NCBI GenBank assembly: GCA_018001935.1
Contig: JAGNHB010000003.1
Location: 120,975-184,974, forward strand
Origin: Acidobacteriota bacterium
GTDB taxonomy: Bacteria > Acidobacteriota > JAAYUB01
Length of the DNA: 64,000 nucleotides
Direction of reading: 5' to 3'
Under the pieces are notes generated by a model. The model did no database searches. It saw only the letters and a list, made by a program, of their open reading frames with translations, and was not told the origin of the DNA. The position numbers and the translations under genes were made by a program. How positions within the stretch are numbered: position 1 is the stretch's first letter; every line of letters begins with the position of its first letter. Below, in pieces: positions 1 to 10,184 of the stretch.

Positions 1-3000
1 ACGTCGCAGAGGGAGACGGCCTCGGGGTTGAGGACGTGCCAGGTCTGTCCCGTGAGCCCGGGGCGAAGGGCCAGCGTGAGGACCGCCCGGCTGGTGCCGT
101 CCACGAAGGAGAGGTCGGCGCGGTCGTACAGGTCGGGGACCGCCCCCAGGTTGACGTAGGCCCGCACCTGCTGGAAGAAGCCGTTGTCTCCGATGTTCTC
201 CTGGCAACGCCCGGTCTCCGAGTCGAAGGTGATGTTGCCCAGCCGGTAGATGGAGGCCGGGACCCCGTCCCGCATGGCCTGCCGCACGAGGCCCTCCGCT
301 TCCAGTTTCGTCTCCAGGTAGAGGTTGCCGGAGCGCTGGCCGACGTCCCCGGTGTACTCGGTGAATAGGAGCTGCGACACCCCGGGGACGTCCCCCCACC
401 CCACCGAGAGGGTGGACATGTGGTGAAAGGCCTTGGGCCGGCCGGTGCGCGCCAGGGCCAGGAGGTTGGCCGTGGCGGTCACGTTGGCCTTCTCGAACTC
501 CTCCCGGAGGCCGTAATGCTTCACCAGCGCCGCCGGGTGGAAGATCGCCTCCACCCCCGAGGCCAGGTCGGCGTAGGCGGCGTCACCCAGGCCGAGGTTC
601 GGGCTGCCCAGGTCCCCCGGCAGCGCATCCAGGCGGTCGCGGTGCGCCGCGAACCACCCCTTCCCGAAGTAGAAGTCCAGCTTGTCGGCCAGCCGCCGGG
701 CGGCCTGCTCCGCCGAGTCGGCCCGGACCACGGTCCGGACCCTGCCGGGGTTCGCCCCCGGAACCCGCCCCTCCACCAGGTCGCGAACCAGGTAGGCTCC
801 CAGGAAGCCCGTGGCGCCCGTCACCAGGACGTCTCCCCACCCTCGCGGCGGCCCGGGGTCGAGGGCCGCCTCGTCGGCGATGCGCCGGCGGTACTCCGCC
901 ATCGCCCCCTCCAGGCCGGATGGGACCTCCGGCTCCGCTTTCGCCGTCTCGCCCAGCGTCCGAAGCGCTTCCAGGCGGAGGCGAATGTTGTCCTGCAGCG
1001 GCTTGACCCGCAGCGCCAGCTCCGCCACCGTCTGGGCGGTGAAGACGTCGTTGACCGTGACCTCGAACTCCTTCTGAAGCAGCGCCACCAGGGCAACCGC
1101 CTTGAGCGAGTGCCCCCCGAGGCTGAAGAAGTTGTCGTAGACCCCCACGTCCGAGAGGCCCAGCACCTTCTCCCAGGCGGCCGCCACCGCCGCTTCCACG
1201 GGGTTGCGGGGCGCCACGTGCACCACGGCGGCGTCGCAGACCTGCTCGGGCTCGGGGAGGGCCTTGCGGTCCACCTTCCCGCTGACGTTGAGCGGGAACG
1301 CCGCCAGACGTACGAACACCGCCGGGACCATGTAGTCGGGCAGCCCCGTCGCCAGTTCACGCTTCACGGCCTCGAGGTCCAGGCCGGCCGCCGACTGCAG
1401 GTAGCCCACCAGGAAGGCGTTCCCGCCGGCGTCGGTCTTCGCCAGGACGACGGCGTTCTCCACGCCCCCCACCTGGCGGAGGCGGCTCTCGATCTCCTCC
1501 AGCTCGATGCGGAAGCCGCGGATCTTCACCTGGAAGTCCTTGCGGCCGATGAAGTCCACGTTGCCGTCGGGGAGCCACCTCGCCAGATCCCCCGTCCGGT
1601 ACATCCGCTCGCCGGGCCGGAAGGGGTCTTCCACGAATTTTTCCGCCGTCAGCTCCGGCCGGTTGAGGTACCCCAGCGCCAGCTGCGCGCCGGCGATGCA
1701 CAGTTCCCCCGGCACGCCCACGGGCAGCAGTTTCCCGCCGGGGTCCAGGATGTAGACCCGCGTGTTGGCCACGGGCCGGCCGATGGGGGACTTCGCGTGG
1801 GGGCGTTCCACCACGAAGGCGGTGGCGTCCACCGTGTACTCGGTGGGGCCGTACTCGTCCACCAGGACGTAGTTGCGCGGCGTGAACTTCTTCAGCTTCT
1901 CGCTCCCCGTCGAGAGCCGGCGAAGCGAGCGGTTGTCCGTGTTCTCCATGAAGGCCTCGCACAGCTGGGTGGGGAGGTCCGTGTAGGTGACGCCGTGGGT
2001 CTCGAGGTACCGGTTGAGGGCCCCCAGGTCGAGGCGGACGCCCTCGGGCAGCACGTGGAGGCAGGCCCCGGCCGCCAGCGGGGAGAAGATCTCCACCACC
2101 GAGGCGTCGAAGCTGAAGGAGGCGTACTCGGCGCAGACGTCGTCGGGCGTCAGGCCGTGGAAACGGGCGTGCCAGGTCACCAGGTTGACGACGCCCCGGT
2201 GGGGGATCATCACCCCCTTGGGTTTCCCCGTGGAGCCCGAGGTGTAGATGACGTAGGCCATGTCCGCCGGGGTGCCGGACGTTGACGGGTTGGCCGTCCC
2301 GCCCGACCAGAGGGACGCCTCGTCCAGCTCCCACACCGTCCCCCCGAAGGTGACGGACGGCCGCAGCGACCGCTGGGTGAGGAGGAGGGCCGCGCCGGCG
2401 TCCTCCAGGATGGTCAGGACCCGCTCGGGCGGGTAGTGGGGGTCGATGGGGACGTAAGCCCCGCCGGCCTTGAGGACGGCCAGCATGGCCGCGATGCCGT
2501 CGGCGCCCCGTTCCACCCGGAGGCCGACGAGGGGACCCTTCCCCGAAAGTTCCCCGCGGAGGCGGTGGGCCAGGGCGTTGGCCCGGGCGTTGAGGGCGGC
2601 GTAGGTGTAGTGGGTGTCCCCGTCCACCAGGGCCGTCCGGTCCGGCCGGCGGGCCGCCTGTTCCTCCACGAGTTGGTGGAGCAGCTTGTCGGACGGGACG
2701 TCCATGGCGGTGTCGTTGAAGGTCTCCAGCAGCAGGCGCCGCTCCTCGGCGGAGAGGATGTCGATGTCGCCCAGCGGGGTTTCGGGCGCGCTGGTGACCC
2801 GCTCCAGGAAACGGAGGTAGTGTTCCGCGAAGCGACGGGCGGTCTCGGGGAGGAAGAGGTCCCGACGGTACTCCAGCCGGAGCGTGTACGCCCCCGCCGA
2901 CGACAACGCGAGTTCCAGGGCCAGATCGAACTGGGCGTCCCGGGTCTCGTGCACCATCATGTGCAGGCGGAGGTCCCCCGACGACACCTCGCCGGCGAAG

Positions 3001-6000
3001 TCGTCGATGGAGAACATGGTCTCGAACAGCGGGTTCCGGCCGGCTTCACGGGGAAGGCCGAGGGTGTCGATGAGGTCGTCGAGCGGGTAGTCCTGGTTGT
3101 CGTACCCGCCCAGGACGGCGTCCCGCACCCGGGAGAGGAGGTCCCGGAACGCGGCCGCCCGGGGGGTGGCCAGGCGGAGGGGCAGGCTGTTGACGAACAT
3201 GCCGATGATCCCCTGCAGGGCGGCGCTGACGCGGCCCGAGGAGGGGACGCCCACCACGACGTCCTCCTGGGAGGTGTAGCGGCCGAGCAGCGCAGCGTAA
3301 GCGGCCAGGTAGACCATGAAGGCCGTGGTCCCGGTCTCGCCGGCCAGGCGGTCGACCGCGGCGGAAAGGCCCCCGGGCACGGCCCGCACGAAGACGTCCC
3401 CCTGCTCCCCGCCAAAGGCGCCCCGGGGGAAATCGACGGGGATCTCCAGCCGGGGCGGCTCCTCCCGGAAACGGTCCGTCCAGTAGGCTTTCTGGTCGGC
3501 AAAAGCGCCCGATCGCCGCGCCGCGTCCTGCCAGACGGCGAAGTCGCGGTACTGGAGCGGCAGCGGGGGGAGGCCCCGATCGACGTACAGGTCCAGCAGT
3601 TCGTTCAGCAGGATCCCCACCGAGAGCCCGTCGAAGATGATGTGATGAGCGTCGAAGAGGAGGACGTGGGCGTCCGGGCCCAGTTTCAGGAGTTCCACGC
3701 GGAACAGCGGCGGCCGGGCGAGGTCGAAGGGTCGCACGAAGGCGCGGAAGCGTTCGGTCACCTCGTCGGGCGAGGCCTCGGAACGGACCATGCGCACCTT
3801 GACGTGGGCCCGGACGCGCTGGACCGGCTCCCCCTCGTGCAGCTCGAAGCCCGTGCGGAAGGACGCGTGGCGCTCGGTGAGGGCCTCTACGGCCGCGGCC
3901 AGCCGGCCGGCGTCGAGGGGGCCGTCGATGCGGAGGACCATGGGGAGGTTGTAGGACAGGCCCGAACGCCCCATGCTCTCCACGGCGTAGAGCCGCTTCT
4001 GGGCCGAGGACGCGGGGTAGAACTCCCGCTCGGGGACCGGGACCAGCCGGGCGTGGGGGGAGGTGCTCCCGGACTCGACCCGGGCGGCCTGCCCTTCCAC
4101 GGTGGGCGTGTCAAAGAGGGCCTGCAGGGGCAGCTGGACCCCGAAGGCCTTCTCCATGGCCGCCTGGAGCATGACGGCCCGGAGGGAGTGGCCGCCGAGG
4201 GAGAAAAAGTTCTCGTCCACCCCGAAGCGGGAAACCCCCAGCACCCCCTGCCAGAGTTCGACGAGCTTCGCCTCCGTGGGTGTGGACGGGGCCTTGACGG
4301 GGCGGTCCCGGTCGACGGGGGGGCCGGGGTCCGGCAGGGCCCGGCGGTCCACCTTGCCGTTGGGGGTGAGGGGCAGCACGGGCAGCCGCACGATCCGGGC
4401 CGGGATCATGTAGGCCGGCAGCGGTTTCGCCAGGGCCTCCCGGACCGCGTCGTCGGAGAGGTCGGTCTCCGTCACGACGTAGGCGCACAGCCAATGGTCG
4501 CCTCCCTCGCCGCGAGCCGTGACCACGGCGTCCTTCACGCCGGGGACCAGGAGCAGCTGGGCCTCGATCTCCCCCAGCTCCACCCGGAAACCCCGCACCT
4601 TGACCTGGAAGTCGATCCGGCCCAGGAACTCGAGGTTGCCGTCGGGGAGCCAGCGGGCGAGGTCCCCCGTCCGGTAGGCGCGGAAACCGTGGCGGAACGG
4701 GTCGGGGATGAACTTCTCCGCCGTCAGCTCGGGCCGGTTCCGATATCCGCGGGCGGTCCCGAGGCCCGAGACGCACAGTTCGCCGGCGGCGCCGGGCGGC
4801 TGCTCCCGCCCCGCGGGGTCCAGGATGTACACCCGCGTGTTGGGGACGGGGCGGCCGATGGGGATGTTGGCCCAGGGCCGGGTCACCTCGAACCTGGTGG
4901 CCTCCACCGTGTACTCGGTGGGGCCGTAGGCGTTGACGATCCGGTAGGGCCGTTTCCGAACGGACCGGAGCTTGTCGCCGCCCATCTCCAGGCAGCGCAG
5001 GGTCCGGTTGTCGCACAGTTCCATGAACTGCTCGGCGAACTGGGTGGGGAGGATGCTGAGCGTGACGCCGTTCTCCTCGAAACAGGCGTTGACGTCCCGG
5101 GGCGACAGGCGGCTTTCCGCGGGGACCACCACCAGGCACCCGCCGGCCGAGAGGATCGGGAAGAACTCGATAACGCTGGCGTCGAAGGCGAAACCGGCGA
5201 ACTTGGACTGGCGGTCCTCCGGCGTCATGCCCTCGAAATCCGCCTGGTAGCGGCAGAGGTGGACGAGGGAGCGGTGGCTGATCTCCACGCCCTTCGGCTT
5301 GCCCGTGGTCCCGGAGGTGTAGATGACGTAAGCGGCGTCCCCGGGGTCGTTCACCGGCGGGAGCGGCGAGGGGTCCCCGGTGAAGGTCTCGTCCGCGTCG
5401 AGGAGGAGGACCGGCCCCTCGAAACCGGCCTTCCCCGCCAGGTGCCGCTGGGTGAGGAGCGCCGGTACCGCCCCGTCTTCCAGCATGTAGCGGACACGGT
5501 CGGGGGGGTAGGCCGGGTCGACGGGCAGGTAGGCCGCCCCCGCCTTCTGGATGGCGAGCAGGCCCAGCGGCATTTCCAGGCAGGGGTCCAGCAGGATGCC
5601 CACGCAGCCGTTCCGCGCGGCGCCCAGCTCCCGCAGCCGCCGGGCCAGGGCGTTGGACTTTTCGTCCAGTTCCCGGTAAGTCAGGATCTTCTCCCGGAAC
5701 CGGACCGCCGGCCGATCCGGGTGACGGGCGGCGGTCTCCGCGAAGAGGGAGACGAACGTCCGCTCCACGTCGTAGGGGACCTCGGTTGAATTGAAGCGGT
5801 CCAGCAGGGCCCGGTCCTCCGGCGAGACGAAGGGGAGGGCGTCGAAGGGCGTCCCGGGCGACCGCAGCCCCCCCTCCAGCAGGAGGGTCACGGCCCAGTG
5901 CAGGGCCTCCACGTGGCCTATGGTGTACAGATCCTCCTGGAACTGCCAGTCGAAGATCACCTGCCCATCCCGCTCCCGTCGGACGAACAGGGTCAGGGGC

Positions 6001-7130
6001 TGGGCTTTCTCCGCGGAGCCGAGGATCTCGATTTCGACCTCCGTCGGCTGTTCCGAAGAAACGACGGTGACACACCAGTTGAGCAGGAAGGCGGGGCTCT
6101 GGTTCCAGGCGGACTGGAGCGAGTCGGACAGCACGTCGAAGGGCAGCCGGCCATGGCGGCGCGCATCCGCGCGAGCGGCGCCCACCCGCTCCACGAAAGC
6201 CCCGAAGGGTTCGCCGTCCCGGACCTGGAGGCGGACCGGCACGGCATTCAGGTGACACCCGACCGTCTCCTCCGCCCGGGGACCGACCCGGCCGTCCAGG
6301 AAAAGCCCCAGGACGAAGTCCTCGACGCCGAGGGCCCGTCGGCAATAGGCCGCCGAGGCCGCGAGCACCAGGTCCTCCAGGGCCGCATCGGTGGGGGCCT
6401 GCTCCCGAAAAAGCGCCGACAGCCCGGGGGGCGCCGGCCGGCGGAGGGCGCCGGCCCGGGGCGTCGGCGCCCGCTCGGTGGAGAAGGTCGGGCTCACCGC
6501 CTCGGGCGGGGTTCGGAAACGGTCTTCCCACCAGGCCGCGTCGGCTTTCCCCTCCGGCCCGGCCAGGTAATCCAGCTCCTTTTGCACCCGGGACTCGAAC
6601 GGCGCGGCCTCGGGGGCTCCCGCGGGCCCACCGCGGGAGAGCGCCTCGGCGTCCCGAAGGACCTGGCTGAACACGGCCCGCGCGCTGTACGGGTCGCACG
6701 CCAGGAAATGGGCCTTGAAGAACCAGGCCGGCCGCCCCTCGTCGGAGCGGAGGAGCACGATTTCCGCCAGGGGCCCGCCCTCGAGGTCGAAGGGCGTTCG
6801 CGCCCGCTGGCGGGCCCACTGCTCCATCTCCTCCTCGCCGCGGTTCGTGCCGAAATACCGTTCCTCGATCCGGACGTCCCCGGGGGCGGCGACGGACTGC
6901 CGGACGCCCGAGGGGTCCTCCGACCCGAAGTGGTGAAGCCGAAGCCGGAGGGCGTCGTGGCGGGTGAAGACCGCCCGGGCGGCTTCCCGGAGGTGCTCGA
7001 CGTCCGCCCCGCCGGGGTGGCGGGCCAGGACGGCGACGTGGTTGACGGCCGAACCGGGCCGGGAGCGCTCCACCCGCCAGATCTGGCGTTGGGCGTGAGA
7101 CAGGGCGAAGGCTTTCTCGGTTTCGGACAC
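1..7130 (-). CDS. Non-ribosomal peptide synthetase, two modules plus terminal reductase (C-A-T-C-A-T-R); 3' end runs off the window at position 1
   Basis: Hand translation of minus frame (codon starts = 2 mod 3; this frame is absent from ORF track because the ORF is open to the window edge). GTG start at 7130 preceded by TAGGAGG (SD overlapping stop of upstream MFS gene). N-terminus VSETEKAFALSHAQRQIW...FTRHDALRLRLHH = C-domain C1/C2 motifs; A3 core AYVIYTSGTTGKPKGV (~5290-5330) and ADMAYVIYTSGSTGKPKGV (~2215-2250); A8 YRTGDLARWLPDGNLEFLGRIDFQVKVRGFRVELGEIE (~4620-4740) and YRTGDLARWLPDGNVDFIGRKDFQVKIRGFRIELEEIE (~1510-1620); T motifs DENFFSLGGHSLRA (~4190) and DNFFSLGGHSLKA (~1100); second C domain HHIIFDGLS (~3640); C-terminal region LVTGATGFLGAYLVRDL ... 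YLETKLEAEG = Rossmann GxTGFLG + YxxxK of NRPS thioester reductase domains (~36-840). Confidence 0.9.
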   Translation of the reverse strand, partial: MSETEKAFALSHAQRQIWRVERSRPGSAVNHVAVLARHPGGADVEHLREAARAVFTRHDALRLRLHHFGSEDPSGVRQSVAAPGDVRIEERYFGTNRGEEEMEQWARQRARTPFDLEGGPLAEIVLLRSDEGRPAWFFKAHFLACDPYSARAVFSQVLRDAEALSRGGPAGAPEAAPFESRVQKELDYLAGPEGKADAAWWEDRFRTPPEAVSPTFSTERAPTPRAGALRRPAPPGLSALFREQAPTDAALEDLVLAASAAYCRRALGVEDFVLGLFLDGRVGPRAEETVGCHLNAVPVRLQVRDGEPFGAFVERVGAARADARRHGRLPFDVLSDSLQSAWNQSPAFLLNWCVTVVSSEQPTEVEIEILGSAEKAQPLTLFVRRERDGQVIFDWQFQEDLYTIGHVEALHWAVTLLLEGGLRSPGTPFDALPFVSPEDRALLDRFNSTEVPYDVERTFVSLFAETAARHPDRPAVRFREKILTYRELDEKSNALARRLRELGAARNGCVGILLDPCLEMPLGLLAIQKAGAAYLPVDPAYPPDRVRYMLEDGAVPALLTQRHLAGKAGFEGPVLLLDADETFTGDPSPLPPVNDPGDAAYVIYTSGTTGKPKGVEISHRSLVHLCRYQADFEGMTPEDRQSKFAGFAFDASVIEFFPILSAGGCLVVVPAESRLSPRDVNACFEENGVTLSILPTQFAEQFMELCDNRTLRCLEMGGDKLRSVRKRPYRIVNAYGPTEYTVEATRFEVTRPWANIPIGRPVPNTRVYILDPAGREQPPGAAGELCVSGLGTARGYRNRPELTAEKFIPDPFRHGFRAYRTGDLARWLPDGNLEFLGRIDFQVKVRGFRVELGEIEAQLLLVPGVKDAVVTARGEGGDHWLCAYVVTETDLSDDAVREALAKPLPAYMIPARIVRLPVLPLTPNGKVDRRALPDPGPPVDRDRPVKAPSTPTEAKLVELWQGVLGVSRFGVDENFFSLGGHSLRAVMLQAAMEKAFGVQLPLQALFDTPTVEGQAARVESGSTSPHARLVPVPEREFYPASSAQKRLYAVESMGRSGLSYNLPMVLRIDGPLDAGRLAAAVEALTERHASFRTGFELHEGEPVQRVRAHVKVRMVRSEASPDEVTERFRAFVRPFDLARPPLFRVELLKLGPDAHVLLFDAHHIIFDGLSVGILLNELLDLYVDRGLPPLPLQYRDFAVWQDAARRSGAFADQKAYWTDRFREEPPRLEIPVDFPRGAFGGEQGDVFVRAVPGGLSAAVDRLAGETGTTAFMVYLAAYAALLGRYTSQEDVVVGVPSSGRVSAALQGIIGMFVNSLPLRLATPRAAAFRDLLSRVRDAVLGGYDNQDYPLDDLIDTLGLPREAGRNPLFETMFSIDDFAGEVSSGDLRLHMMVHETRDAQFDLALELALSSAGAYTLRLEYRRDLFLPETARRFAEHYLRFLERVTSAPETPLGDIDILSAEERRLLLETFNDTAMDVPSDKLLHQLVEEQAARRPDRTALVDGDTHYTYAALNARANALAHRLRGELSGKGPLVGLRVERGADGIAAMLAVLKAGGAYVPIDPHYPPERVLTILEDAGAALLLTQRSLRPSVTFGGTVWELDEASLWSGGTANPSTSGTPADMAYVIYTSGSTGKPKGVMIPHRGVVNLVTWHARFHGLTPDDVCAEYASFSFDASVVEIFSPLAAGACLHVLPEGVRLDLGALNRYLETHGVTYTDLPTQLCEAFMENTDNRSLRRLSTGSEKLKKFTPRNYVLVDEYGPTEYTVDATAFVVERPHAKSPIGRPVANTRVYILDPGGKLLPVGVPGELCIAGAQLALGYLNRPELTAEKFVEDPFRPGERMYRTGDLARWLPDGNVDFIGRKDFQVKIRGFRIELEEIESRLRQVGGVENAVVLAKTDAGGNAFLVGYLQSAAGLDLEAVKRELATGLPDYMVPAVFVRLAAFPLNVSGKVDRKALPEPEQVCDAAVVHVAPRNPVEAAVAAAWEKVLGLSDVGVYDNFFSLGGHSLKAVALVALLQKEFEVTVNDVFTAQTVAELALRVKPLQDNIRLRLEALRTLGETAKAEPEVPSGLEGAMAEYRRRIADEAALDPGPPRGWGDVLVTGATGFLGAYLVRDLVEGRVPGANPGRVRTVVRADSAEQAARRLADKLDFYFGKGWFAAHRDRLDALPGDLGSPNLGLGDAAYADLASGVEAIFHPAALVKHYGLREEFEKANVTATANLLALARTGRPKAFHHMSTLSVGWGDVPGVSQLLFTEYTGDVGQRSGNLYLETKLEAEGLVRQAMRDGVPASIYRLGNITFDSETGRCQENIGDNGFFQQVRAYVNLGAVPDLYDRADLSFVDGTSRAVLTLALRPGLTGQTWHVLNPEAVSLCD

Positions 7131-7139
7131 GTTGACCTC

Positions 7140-8546
7140 CTAGTGGGCGCGGTGCGCGCCCGGACGGGAAGCCGGCCGGGCGACCAGGGCGGTGGCCAGG
7201 ACGGCGAGGCCGAAGAGGACCCCGGCCAGGGCCGCCCGGTGGTAACCGGTGAGGACGAGGGCCGCCGGGGCCGCGGTGTTTGCCGCCCCCGCCGGGAAGG
7301 GGGAGGAGAAGACGGCCTCGAAGAGGCAGACCCCCAGCGTGGACCCGAGGAAGGTGAAGAGAGCGTTGGCGGCCGACACGATCCCCTCCTCGCCGGGGGG
7401 CGCGAGGTTCATGACCAGGGTGGACACCGCGGCGAAGAACGCCCCCAGGGCGGCCCCGTAGAGGGCCAGCGCCGCGATGACGACCCCGTAGCCCGTTCCG
7501 GATCCGAACAGGAGGAAAAGGGCCGTCGAAGCCACCATGGCGGCGGCGGACAGGATGCAGACCCGGCGGGGCCCCACCCGGTCCACCCAGGCCCCGAGGA
7601 AGGGCCCCAGGACGGCCGAGACAGCGGGGAAGACGATGAGGAGCAACCCGATGCGGTCGGGCGTCAGGCCGCGGACGCCGTCGAAATAGAAGGGAAACAG
7701 GAAGCTGTAGCCGTCCAGGAGCAGGGTCGAGGTCAGGGTCCCGAGCAGGGCGGCCGTCAGGTTGCGATCGGAGAAGATCCGCAGGTTCAGGACCGGCGAC
7801 GGCGCCCTGCGCTCGCGGACCACGAAGAGGACCCCGGCCAGGAGGGCGACGGCCGCGGACCCCAAGGCGCCGTGCCCGACCCACCCGTAGTCCTGGGCGG
7901 TGTTGATGCAGTAAATGAAGGCCCCGAGGGCGACGAAGCTGAGCGCCGCCCCGGCGAGATCGAAGCTTTTCCGTTCGCCGTCGCCGGCCCGGTCCCGGGG
8001 GAGGCCCAGCCAGGCCAGCAGGGCGCCCGCCACGCCGGCGGGGACATTGACGAAGAAGACCCAGCGCCAGTCGAGGTAGTGAAGAAGGAACCCGCCCACG
8101 GGGGCCCCCAGGGCGACCCCGACGCTGCCGAAGACGGCCAGGATGCCGAACGCCCGCCCCCGCACCGCCTCCGGCAGGTGCTGAACCACCACGGCGTTGG
8201 CGGTGGCGAAGATCATGGCGCCGCCCACGCCCTGCAGGAAGCGGAAGGCGCAGAGGGCCGGGAGGCCGGGGGCGAAGCCGCACGCCAGGGACCCCAGGGT
8301 GAACAGGACGTACCCCGACCCAAGGACCGTCCGGCTCCCCCAGCGGTCGGCCAGCTTCCCGAAGGTTGGCAGGAAGGCGCACAACGCGAGGAGGTAGAGC
8401 AGGACGGCCCAGCTCACGGCGCCGGTCTCGACCCCGAAGACGCGCGAGAGCGTGGGGAGGGCGATGTAGACGATGGTGGCGTCCAGGTTGGCCATGAAGA
8501 TGGCCATGGAGACGGTGAGCACGACGCGGCGGAAACTCAAGGGCAC
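7140..8546 (-). CDS. MFS transporter (DHA/drug-H+ antiporter-like, ~14 TM)
   Basis: ORF-track 468 aa, highly hydrophobic with repeated GxLaDrxGrr-like MFS signatures (FGKLADRWGSR; GAWVDRVGPRR); stop TAG 7140-7142 overlaps SD of downstream NRPS start (GTG 7130). Confidence 0.85.
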   Translation of the reverse strand: MPLSFRRVVLTVSMAIFMANLDATIVYIALPTLSRVFGVETGAVSWAVLLYLLALCAFLPTFGKLADRWGSRTVLGSGYVLFTLGSLACGFAPGLPALCAFRFLQGVGGAMIFATANAVVVQHLPEAVRGRAFGILAVFGSVGVALGAPVGGFLLHYLDWRWVFFVNVPAGVAGALLAWLGLPRDRAGDGERKSFDLAGAALSFVALGAFIYCINTAQDYGWVGHGALGSAAVALLAGVLFVVRERRAPSPVLNLRIFSDRNLTAALLGTLTSTLLLDGYSFLFPFYFDGVRGLTPDRIGLLLIVFPAVSAVLGPFLGAWVDRVGPRRVCILSAAAMVASTALFLLFGSGTGYGVVIAALALYGAALGAFFAAVSTLVMNLAPPGEEGIVSAANALFTFLGSTLGVCLFEAVFSSPFPAGAANTAAPAALVLTGYHRAALAGVLFGLAVLATALVARPASRPGAHRAH

Positions 8547-8610
8547 GCTCCTTCGAGGGGTGAAGGCATTGTACCCCGCGGGCCGCTCCCGGGCAAGACG
8601 GATGCGAGCC

Positions 8611-8770
8611 CCGCGAACCCGTCAAAAAGTCGCCAATTGGAGATTTCCCGCGAATAACGCCGATTGACCCGAATACAGAAAACAAAGAAATAAAATGACT
8701 TTTCACATTCCGATTCGCGACGATTCGCGTGATTCGCGGGCTGCAAGGGACTTTTTGCGGGGGACGTCAA
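8611..8770. repeat. Copy A of a ~150-190 bp intergenic palindromic element family (GATTCGCG-rich; shared core AAAAGTCGC..GGAGATTTCCCGCGAATAAC..TTCCGATTCGCG..GATTCGCGTGATTCGCGGG..GACTTTTTGCGGGGG)
   Basis: Near-identical stretches recur at 14920-15105 and 46395-46530; element ends are inverted repeats of each other (CCCGCGAATCACGCGAAT / ATTCGCGTGATTCGCGGG; CAAAAAGTCGC / GCGACTTTTTG). Confidence 0.75.
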
Positions 8771-8846
8771 AAGTCATTGACGCATCCCCCGGTTTCCCGA
8801 TAACATACCGTTGCTTCTCATCAGACAGCTTTCCGTGGAGACAAGC

Positions 8847-10184
8847 ATGAACCAGCCGTCCCGGATTCCCCGCACCCCGTTTCGCTGCCGGCTGTTGCCG
8901 GTCCTGACGCCCCTGCTGCTTTGGCTGCCTTCCGGTTGCGGCAGGGGGGGAGGAACCCCGCCCGGCGGGGTGGGCACCGCCCCGCCCATGACCGTGATGG
9001 TCACGGCAGCCCAGACGTGCAACGTACCCTACTTCAGCGAGTTCGTGACGTCCCTGGACGCCGGCACCAGCGGGGAGACGGTGGAGATCCGCGCCCGGGT
9101 GGAGGCGGTCCTGGTGCAGCAGCATTTCTCAGAGGGGCAGCCGGTGCGGAAGGGGCAGGTCCTTTTCACCCTCGACAGTCGCACCTACGAGGCGGACCTG
9201 AAGACCGCCCGGGCCGGTTTGAGCAAGGCGAAGGCCGACCTCGAGTACGCCCGGAACCAGGTGCTGGTGGAGCAGGCGAAGGCCGACCTCGAGTCCGCCC
9301 AGGCCCAGCTCGCCCTCGCCCGGGTCAACGAGGCGCGGCTCAAACCCCTGGCGGAACAGAAGGCGGTCCCCCAGCAGGATTACGACGACGCGGCCACCGC
9401 GCTGCTCACCGCATCGGCCGCCGTGAACGCCAAGAAAGCCAACCTCGACACCGTGGCGCTCAACCGGAAAGTGTCCATCGAGCAGGCCGAGGCCGCGGTC
9501 CTCTCCGCCGAGGCCGACATCCGGCGGGCGGAGATCAACCTGGAGTACTGCACCGTCTGTTCCCCCATCGCCGGCCTGGCGGGCCGCCGCCAGGTGGCGC
9601 CCGGGAACCTGGTGGGCCACGGGGAGGCGACCCTGCTGACCTCCGTCTCCGCCCTGGACCCCGTGCGGGTGACCTTCAGCATCTCCGAGACCGACTACCT
9701 CCGGCACATGGAGATCGTGAAGCGCCAGGGGCAGGACACCGGCAGCCTGGAACTGGAACTCCTTCTCTCGGACGGGAAGAGCTACCCGCACAAGGGTCGG
9801 ATCCTCGTCGCCGACCGGGCCGTCGACGCCCGGACCGGGACCCTGTCCATCATCGGGGAATTCCCCAACCCGGACCGGCTTCTCCGTCCCGGCATGTACG
9901 GGCGGGTCCGCTTCCGGAGCTTCCGGATGGAAAACGCCCTGGTCATTCCCCTGAAGGCGGTGGGGGACCTCCAGGGGGCGAAGACGGTCCTGGTGGTGGG
10001 GACCGACGGCAAGGTCTCGCTCCGGACCGTCAGGCTCGGCCCGGCGTGGGGCGAACGGGTCGTGGTCCTCGAGGGGCTCAAGGCGGGGGAGAACGTGATC
10101 GTGGAAGGCCAGGTCAAGGCCCAGCCGGGGATGACCGTGAAACCCCAGGCGCAGCCCATGCCGGCGGGCGGGGAGGACCGGTGA
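8847..10184 (+). CDS. RND efflux membrane fusion protein (periplasmic adaptor, AcrA/MexA family), lipoprotein
   Basis: ORF 8811..10184; ATG 8847 with GGAG 8 nt upstream; lipobox LPSGC; coiled-coil region (LKTARAGLSKAKADLEYARNQ...) and C-terminal beta-barrel/MP domains typical of HlyD_D23 adaptors; stop TGA overlaps next start (gTGATGg). Confidence 0.85.
   Translation: MNQPSRIPRTPFRCRLLPVLTPLLLWLPSGCGRGGGTPPGGVGTAPPMTVMVTAAQTCNVPYFSEFVTSLDAGTSGETVEIRARVEAVLVQQHFSEGQPVRKGQVLFTLDSRTYEADLKTARAGLSKAKADLEYARNQVLVEQAKADLESAQAQLALARVNEARLKPLAEQKAVPQQDYDDAATALLTASAAVNAKKANLDTVALNRKVSIEQAEAAVLSAEADIRRAEINLEYCTVCSPIAGLAGRRQVAPGNLVGHGEATLLTSVSALDPVRVTFSISETDYLRHMEIVKRQGQDTGSLELELLLSDGKSYPHKGRILVADRAVDARTGTLSIIGEFPNPDRLLRPGMYGRVRFRSFRMENALVIPLKAVGDLQGAKTVLVVGTDGKVSLRTVRLGPAWGERVVVLEGLKAGENVIVEGQVKAQPGMTVKPQAQPMPAGGEDR

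Noticed and set aside
4111-8706. 1531-aa minus-strand ORF (and the overlapping plus ORFs 2436..5789 of 1117 aa and 5898..8657 of 919 aa) listed in the ORF track
   Set aside because: Their translations are Pro/Arg/Gly/Ala-rich low complexity typical of wrong-frame reading of high-GC DNA. The real genes here are the NRPS (different minus frame, motif-verified) and the MFS transporter 7140..8546.
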